Of a stretch of DNA of 64,000 bases, positions 51,508-64,000 are shown one piece after another (the stretch's first letter is position 1; every line of letters begins with the position of its first letter). The notes beneath the pieces were generated by a model. It did not search any database, was not told the origin of the DNA, and saw only the letters and a list, made by a program, of their open reading frames with translations. The translations under genes were made by a program, and so were the position numbers. This stretch comes from Zygnema circumcarinatum SAG 698-1b (lineage: Eukaryota; Plantae; Zygnematophyceae): NCBI GenBank assembly GCA_037447605.1, contig CM074813.1, positions 2,852,001 through 2,916,000 on the forward strand, written 5' to 3'.

Positions 51508-52495
51508 CTTTAAGAAACTCTTAGGAAGGGTTGGCGTGAGAGTGAGACTTTGAGTTAGCGTTAGGATCAAGGTAGAGACTATGGTTAGGAAAGATGTCAG
51601 TTAGAATTAGGGTTGGGTCAGTCACTTTTAGAAGCAAGTCCTAGAGCTGCAGATTCTACAAAATCATTGTGTTGGTGTAAATTTCTCGAGTAGACCTTTA
51701 ACGGTTTCTAAAATTAGTGGTTATGGATAGAATCAGGATAAAACTGCAGTCGAATGTGGGTCAGAAAACATGAAAATTTCAGAGCTATACGGACTTGGAG
51801 TCAGAATCAGGGTTTGGGCTGAATCTACAGTCACAGCATATTAGTGGCGAGGTAGAATCATAGCCGCTGGAAGCATCTTCGGAAGCAGGACATGGCCTTG
51901 CATCAGAATCAGGGCACAGCAGATCGTTCACATTCGGTATGGCTGCGGATACGGCTGCGACCAAAACTATGGCGACTGACGGCACTAAGGATACGAGTAA
52001 GATAAGAGGCAGCATTAGGGTGAAAGATAAGGCAGGAATATGCCTCCGATCAATACAGAGAACAGTCAATTCTTTGGGTTTGGGCTGCTTTCAGTCAGTA
52101 GGATTAAAGCTGGGCAGAAAATTAGGGCAAGGATTAGGGCTGCACCTCTGATTTCAGGGGTGGTACTATATACAGCATAGGCTGTGACTTTATCAAGGTT
52201 ATAATTATAAAGCAATGTCATGTATTATGACTTTGTCAAGGCATGGTCCATAGCATTTTGCCACCGTCGCACGCTTACTGCGAGAAGCTCTATGTAGCTG
52301 GCAGTCACTGTTCTACTGGGAAATCTCCGTTTCTCTGTTAAAAAGAACTGTGGCAAATAACTGTACGAAAATTATATCTATGTGCCGTATAGTACGGACT
52401 TGTACTCACGGTTGCTTTGCGTCGCCGGCACCTCCCCCTGCCGCCCACTTGCCGGGCCATTGTCGAATGATACACGCCACGTGTAATTGTGTACA

Positions 52496-52675
52496 CGTGG
52501 CGGCTTACCATTGGTTATTTCTTGACAAAGTTTTTTCTCGCTAGGACAGGCCGACGTTATCATATAGGGTGGGTGTCCATCAGCGTTTGCCTGTACCGCC
52601 ACATCGGATTAGAGTCATGAAGGGAGAATTGCGGGTTCCATCAGAGGTCGCGCGAGCCAATCAGCGGACGCCACG
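52496..52675. promoter_or_regulatory. Two ERSE-type composites (52496-52514 minus, 52657-52675 plus) between the divergent ARPC2 and GUN1 genes
   Basis: CGTGG-cggcttacc-ATTGG and CCAAT-cagcggacg-CCACG. Confidence 0.55.
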
Positions 52676-53376
52676 TGGACACACTTACTCGTCCACCGTG
52701 GCCCACCGCGGTTACCGTACGTGCGATTAGGGTTAGGGTTAGGGTTCAGGCAGGCAGGCAGTCGCGTGCCGCCACCCCGACCTACGGTCACCGCGCGTTG
52801 GCGGCTGTGCGCCAGCGTGGCCGCCGTACCCCCGTGGCATCTCGAACGGATCTTCAACGCCACGCGGCGGCGCACGATTGGAAAACTCAGGGTGGGGTTC
52901 CATCAGCCCGTTATTCCGACGTGGCGTCGTAATGGAGGACGACCCATGGGTTCCATGAGGCCGTTTCCGCCAACGTGGCGCCGACGTGGCTGCCACGTGG
53001 TAACGAGGCACCGTTCCACAGGATGCTGCTCCGGAGGTGGTGTAACGCCATTACGACCATTCGCGTGCCGCCACGTGGCTATCAAAGATCCGCAAGCGTG
53101 CGACTGCCACGCTGGCCAACGGCGTTCTGATGGAACTCGTCGTTCCATCTGAAAACGGCATCCTACGTGGACCGTAACGAGCTCGTTACGAAACGGGCTG
53201 ATGGAAACCCACCCTCAGGCGTAGTTCCCCAAAACTCACTTCAGGGGGTATGTTTTGGGGAACTACGCCTGAACCTCCACGTCGGTCCTAGTCGGCGCCA
53301 CGACGGCGCCACATCATCCTCCAAAACTACGCCTGTACCTCCACGTCGGCGAAAAAACGCTGATGGACACCCACCC
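52567..53376. mobile_element. Nested PIF/Harbinger-like MITEs: outer 52567-53376, inner 52890-53214
   Basis: Outer: perfect 22-bp TIR GGGTGGGTGTCCATCAGCGTTT with ATA direct repeats. Inner: related 23-bp TIR GGGTGGGGTTCCATCAGCCCGTT (1 mismatch) with TCA direct repeats. Confidence 0.75.
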
Positions 53377-54854
53377 ATAGAAACGGCTCCGCAGTTTGTT
53401 TCGCAGTCCGTATGGAAACCTGGACCGTCCGATCCGACAACTTCGATCTCAAATCGGACGGACAAGTAGCGACCATGAAGGTGACGTGGAAACATGGGCG
53501 GCCAAGATGCGTCCACGACACGTGCGATACACCGCAGATTTTTCCGTGGCGCAAAGGGCACGGCTCCTGGAAGGCTCCACGAAGGCTCGCGCCATGTGCG
53601 GACAAAAATGTACGAAGAACACTACAACGGTACTCTTTTCAGAATTGCACGGCTGGTACGAAATTTAAACGGTATTGATTTTGAACTGCTAATGAAAAGT
53701 GTGATCCATTCAGAGATCGTCACGTGTAAAAAGTCACACGTGACATCCGGTAATTGGCTCTTGTAGTGAGTGGTGCCCTCAATGGATTGCCGCGTGCAGG
53801 AAGGGGGTTAACACGCCAAGCCTGTGTACGGCGGGTCCTCAATCTGAGGACGCATACCTTGCAAACCCTAACCTTGTCCCCTCAGCCCCAATCTCTCCCT
53901 CTCGCTCTCTCTCTACTCACTCTCTCTCTCTTCCTCTCTCTCTCGCTCTACTCTCTCTCTCTCTCTCTACTTCGTTCTCTCGCTCTCTCTCTCGCTCTAC
54001 TTCTCTCTCTCTCTCTTTCCATTTCTCTCTCTCTCTCTCGCGCGCGCGCGCTCTGAGGTATACCGTGGGCACTTGTTCAAGTGAGCGGTGAACAGGTCAA
54101 GCCTCCTCCGCATCGCCAGGGAAGCCACGGTAGAATGTGAGTTCCAGTCTCTCCCAAATGAACAATGCTGGTTTGCTTTTTTCTGGATTCCCAGATGCCT
54201 GTAACAGTGGTGCCCACTCCCTCCCTCCCCCCTCTTCCTTTCTTTCTCTCGCGGAAACTGTCAACTTCACAACTTCCACCCTTTCCCTCCCGCTTCGTTC
54301 TTTGTCCTCCCTCTTCACCTCTCTCCACTATCTCTCTTCTCCACTTTCCCCCCTCTCTCTCTACCTCTTCCTCTCACTTCCTTTTTAAATTTTCCTCTCC
54401 TCAAATGTCCGTTTGCTCTCTCCTTGCACTCCCTGCGTCTCGGAAGGTTCCTTCACTTCCTCCCTCTCCGTTTCCTATCTGTTCCCCTCTCTCTCCTCCC
54501 CTCCCCACCTCTATTTCATGCTCATTTCTCTTTCTTGTTTGTTACACGCAGCGTCACTACCCCCCTTCTCTCTACGTGGGATGTGAGTCTCTCACTATAT
54601 AAGTTCCCCACCCTCTCTCCACTAAACTTACCACGCTGGATCCTCCAACCAAAGGCCCCTCTCAAGGGCTCTTCCCTCAACAACAGCCAAACCTTAAACT
54701 TGGAAGTGAGGCAATCTGGCGATCTCCGGATTTTCTACAGGTGTTGGGTGAGGGTCTGAGGGCCCTTGGCAGCCTTTCTAAGGCTGCTGGGCTTGTTGAA
54801 AAATTTCAGAAATTTAAAACTGGTAGCGGGGCTAAGAAACACGACGAGCGACAG

Positions 54855-63089
<8,235 letters not shown>

Positions 63090-64000
63090 GGCGGCCTCTG
63101 TGTGGCAGCTTGTCACGGGAGGTGATGTACAAAGGCAATATTAGGGTTGTTGTGTGTAGGAGGGAGAGGGAGAGAGTCAGTTGTAGAGCACGGGATTATG
63201 GTCGTTTCTTTTTTTTGGGGAGGTTGGAAATTAGAGGAGGGGGGTCTGTAGGAGGGAGAGGCGAGAGGCGAAGGACGAGGGGAAAACATTTGTTGGTGCG
63301 GTTGTGCCTGTAGAGTACTGGGATGACTACGTGACTGTTTATGACTCGGAGATAAAAGTGAGAGAAAGTTAGAAAGTTGGGAAGAGAGAGAGGGGGGGGG
63401 GGAGGGGGGGTGAGAGAGGTAGATGGGAGGAGGGACAAAGGGGGAGTGGTAGGAGGGAGAGGTATGGCTAATATATTCACCGTAGTGTGGAGGTCTCCCC
63501 TCTTGAACCCTGTACTTTGTATTTCTGACTTGCAGAGGAAGCATGGTTGGCTGCATGGTTTCTCGAAGCTGTGTATTGGAGGCACATATGAGGTCGGTGC
63601 CATGCTAGTTCTATGCAAGCTGAAACGGAGTCGTGCTACTCTTCAAATTTAAAAGTTCATTCCTATGCTAATAAGAGGTTTCCAACTTGAAAAGTTTCAT
63701 GCATCAAAAAATTCGATACCAGTAGCCATGTGACGAACTAAATTAGTGGGAGCGAAACAAATGTCATTTGCTTCACAAAAGGAAATCCATACCAAACTAT
63801 TTTAGGCCTGAGGCCCCATTCTGGAAGGGGAGGGGAGAAGAGGGGAGGGGGCGGTTGGTTGTGATTGGGTTTCGGAAGGGTAGATAGAGAAGGCATAACC
63901 TGCATCTTAAATACCTGACAGGGTAGCCCCCACCTCTCCTTAGAGAAGGACCATTTATTCTCAACAGGCAGCACTTTGCTGAGGAACACAAAATGGGAAT

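Noticed and set aside
54130-54760. GUN1 start codon split across the 5' intron (AT|G)
   Set aside because: The resulting frame stops after six codons and is not the GUN1 frame.

Overview
Eukaryotic, intron-rich nuclear DNA from a green plant lineage. A GUN1 orthologue plus very long CT/GA tracts suggest a streptophyte alga, e.g. a zygnematophyte (inference). There are short N gaps at about 3368, 6462, 14003 and 55749. Splicing the exons by hand (GT-AG boundaries, frames checked) gives ten protein-coding genes: DPAGT1/ALG7 (5'-partial, repeated across an assembly gap), a SUT2-type sucrose transporter, a TTC39/Iml2-family TPR protein, an intronless double-ARM-block protein, a divergent Ran-like GTPase, a UUAT-like nucleotide-sugar transporter, a predicted thylakoid-lumen Glu/Ala/Lys-repeat protein, a TFIIIC subunit-6-like protein, ARPC2 and GUN1. 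RNA genes are tRNA-Leu(CAG), a box C/D snoRNA, a weaker second snoRNA candidate and a tRNA-Glu-like relic. Intergenic DNA holds several MITE families, nested repeats and hairpins. Highlights: (i) an ERSE-type composite CCAAT-N9-CCACG occurs exactly 9 times (about 0.1 expected), mostly in upstream regions and three times inside GUN1; (ii) a tRNA gene sits head-to-head 92 bp from the gene for a subunit of its own transcription factor TFIIIC, with a dual-guide snoRNA just downstream of that gene; (iii) GUN1 has 14 uninterrupted PPR motifs. All annotation is by eye; no searches were run.
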